From assembly GCA_963730185.1 (NCBI GenBank), contig CAVSQW010000012.1:96001-160000 (forward strand): a stretch of DNA of 64,000 bases. Direction: 5' to 3'. This document shows, piece after piece, positions 61,497 to 64,000 of this stretch. Both the position numbers and the translations under genes were made by a program. The notes under the pieces are model-generated. The model did no database searches. It was not told the origin of the DNA and was given only the letters and a program-made list of their open reading frames with translations. This DNA is from an uncultured Gemmatimonadales bacterium (GTDB taxonomy: Bacteria; Gemmatimonadota; Gemmatimonadetes; Gemmatimonadales; GWC2-71-9). Every line of letters begins with the position of its first letter. The stretch's first letter is position 1.

Positions 61497-63133
61497 CTAA
61501 TGGACCCGCTCGAGGCGGACGTCGCGGACTCGACCCAGGAAGGCTCGCAGTCCCGTCACCCGTCCCCGCCGGTCGCGGTCGAAGCGGACGTGACCCGCGC
61601 CGAGGGAGAATCCGTCGGGGTAGGATGGCCGGAGAGGGATCTCATCGCCAAGCGGGAGCTCGAGTCGGAGCCCTCCGTCGCGCTCGACCGCCTCGACGTC
61701 GATCTCCAGCTCGTCACTGTGATAGCGGCCGACGTAGTCGGCGAGCCGGACGGCGGCCGAGTCGACCGGGGTCAGCGGCTGGTAGTGTCGCCAGGCGTTC
61801 TGGAACTGGGTAACCCGCCACGACCCTCCGCTCCGCTCGAACCGGAAGTCGCCCGCCACCGGGCTCCAGAACCGGAGGCCGCCCAGGTGGGTAAGCGGAG
61901 TGGGGGGCCCGTTGCCGGCGGCGGTCAGGGCCCCGTCGTGGACCGCAAAGGTGACCATCTGATCGTTGGTCGAGTCGCGGTAGCGCCCGGCCAGCGAGTC
62001 CAGACGCCGGGTGTCGATGGCCACCGCCGGAGACGGGGGCGTCTCCGAGTCCGGCAAGGCGAGCACGAGCCGGGCGAGGCGGTGCGCGTCCGCCTGGGGG
62101 TTGGCGGTCCCCGCGTTGCAGAGTATCGCCACCGAGAGGCCACGCTCGGGCCATCGGGCGAGCGCGGTTCGGTACCCGGCCGTGGCGCCGTTGTGGCTCA
62201 CCTCCCGAAGCCCGCGGAAGCTGCCGACGACCAGCCCGAGGGCGTAGCTGATGGTCGAGCCGTCGTTCAGCCGGCCCTGGGTCTCCAGCATCCGGACCAG
62301 GGGCATCCCACCCGGCACGGTGCCGGCGGTGAGGGCGGCGTTCCAGGTGAGCCAATCTCCGACGGTGGAGAGGAGGCCGCCGTTGCCGTAGACCATGGTG
62401 AAGGGCATGTCCTGGACCCAGGCGCCGTCCTCCCGTTGGTAGGCGGTGGCCCGTCCGGGCACGACCCGGCGGTAGTCGTCGCGCCACTCCGTGTGGGTCA
62501 TCCCGAGCGGCTCGAACAGCTCCTGGCGGGTGAACTCGGCCAGCGACTTCCCGGCCACCCGCCCGACCAGGATCGCGGTCAGGGCGAAGCCGGTGTTGCT
62601 ATAGAGGTATTCGTCACCGGGGCGGAAGTTGAGCCGCTGCTGGCGGCTCACCAGCCGGAGGATTCGGTCGAGGGTATGGACCTCCTCGCCCGGCGGGTGC
62701 CCCTGGAGCCCGAGCAGACCCCACTGGTCGCGAAGGCCGCTGGTGTGGGTGAGCAGATGCCGGATGGTGATGGTGACCCCGAAGTCGGGGACCTCGGGCA
62801 GGTATTTCCGGATGTCGTCGTCGAGCGAGAGCTTGCCGCGGAGGGCGAGCAGCCCGACCGCCGCCGCGGTGAACTGCTTGGCGACCGACCCCGACTCGGA
62901 GATCGACTCCGGCGAGAGCGCGATCCCGTCCTCCAGGTTGCTCATCCCGTAGGCCCGGATCGTCCGGTGACCCGCCAGGTCCACGCCGGCGACGCAGCCT
63001 GGACCGTCGGTCCGGTCCCAGCGGCCGAAGACGCTGTCGAGCGCGGTGGGCACGGCCACCTGGGCGGCGGCCGGCCGGCCACTCAGAGCGAGCGCGAGCA
63101 CGGCGAGTCGTAACCCGGATGTCGGATCGTCAT
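61497..63133 (-). CDS. Serine hydrolase, beta-lactamase/DmpB-like (probable frameshift near the start, ~63100)
   Basis: SVAK (SxxK), LLTHTSG, YSN, HNG; likely ATG at 63133 overlapping the upstream stop. Confidence 0.87.
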
Positions 63134-63957
63134 CGGAGCCACTCCTGATAGAGATCGGGGCGCCGGTCCTGCCAGAACAGCCGGCGCGCGGTGGAGGTGG
63201 CGCACCGGCTCAGGTCCACCTCGGCAACCACCAGGTCCTCTTCGAGCGACTTGCCCTGGACCACCATTTGCCCCTCGCAGTCGACCACGAACGATTCGCC
63301 CGCGAACGTGAGCCGCTCTTCGGGGCCGACCCGGTTGGCAAGGGCGGCGAAGTACCCGTTCTGGAAGGCGGCGGTGCGGACCTCGGCCTGGTACAGGCCG
63401 TCCGGCCACTCGCCGACGGAGCCCGCCTGGGGAATGGCCACCAGCTCCGCGCCGGCCAGACCGAGGGCGCGGGTGTACTCGGGGTAATGGCGATCGTAGC
63501 AGATGGCGACCCCGATCCGGCCCACCTTGGTTTGATACACGGGGGCGCCGCGGTCGCCGCCGTGGTAGTACCGCTTCTCGTGGAAGCAGGCGTAGTCCGT
63601 GATGTGAACCATCCGGGTGACGCCCAGGATCGAGCCGTCGGCGTCGATGACGGGCGAGCTGTCGAAACAGCGGCCCGCGCCGTCGCTCTCGTACAGGTTG
63701 AAGACGGTCACCATCCCGAGCGTCTTGGCTTTGGCCGCGATCGCGTCGGTGGTCGGCCCGGGCACCCGTTCGGCCAGGGCGGCGGCATTCTCGATCCGCT
63801 CGTGCTGCGGGAAGAAGCGCTGGAGGGCGAGCTCCGGGAACACGATCAGGCCCGCCCCGGCTTCGTGGGCGCGATCCATGGCGTCGAGGCCACGGCGGAG
63901 ATTCTCGGCCGCGCTCGGGCCGGCGGCCAGCTGGGCCAGGGCAATGCGAAGGGTCAC
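63130..63957 (-). CDS. Carbon-nitrogen hydrolase (beta-ureidopropionase / N-carbamoylputrescine amidase-like)
   Basis: FPEL, F.EK.YY, ICYDRHYPE, NRVG.E, F.G.SF. Confidence 0.9.
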   Translation of the reverse strand: MTLRIALAQLAAGPSAAENLRRGLDAMDRAHEAGAGLIVFPELALQRFFPQHERIENAAALAERVPGPTTDAIAAKAKTLGMVTVFNLYESDGAGRCFDSSPVIDADGSILGVTRMVHITDYACFHEKRYYHGGDRGAPVYQTKVGRIGVAICYDRHYPEYTRALGLAGAELVAIPQAGSVGEWPDGLYQAEVRTAAFQNGYFAALANRVGPEERLTFAGESFVVDCEGQMVVQGKSLEEDLVVAEVDLSRCATSTARRLFWQDRRPDLYQEWLR

Positions 63958-64000
63958 GGACGACTCGGTGGCTGGAGTGATCGGCTGAATGTGCGGGCCG

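Overview
High-GC (roughly 70%) bacterial chromosome segment. Gene content (Ser/Thr kinase, carboxypeptidase-regulatory/TonB-plug proteins, ADOP permease with PadR, MqnD) suggests Gemmatimonadota; this is inference, not a database result. Most of the window is housekeeping and catabolic: tkt-tal, two DAACS symporters, tRNA-Cys, M14 peptidase, mqnD, HD-GYP signalling, lemA-htpX, cspA, lepB, glutamine synthetase, gabT-potABCD, a GMC/sugar-isomerase cluster, an SSS-nucleotidyltransferase-GHMP kinase operon, and a C-N hydrolase/aminotransferase operon. About a dozen single-base frameshifts in otherwise intact genes look like long-read errors. I found no integrase, transposase, CRISPR array or prophage. 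The best novelty candidate is a ~430-nt minus-strand element (~23140-23570) with no convincing ORF. It has its own sigma70-like promoter, at least 9 consecutive hairpins and an intrinsic terminator, and I could not match it by eye to a known RNA family. It lies among nucleic-acid-binding protein genes (Fis-type HTH, CspA, histone H1-like). Other candidates are a GHMP-kinase sugar-salvage operon with a GEHTDY-to-GKHTDY change, a His-less HPt-like protein, an unannotated 52-aa membrane protein, barrel-less TonB plug proteins, inverted heptamer repeats, and a microhomology-bounded deletion in the GMC oxidoreductase.
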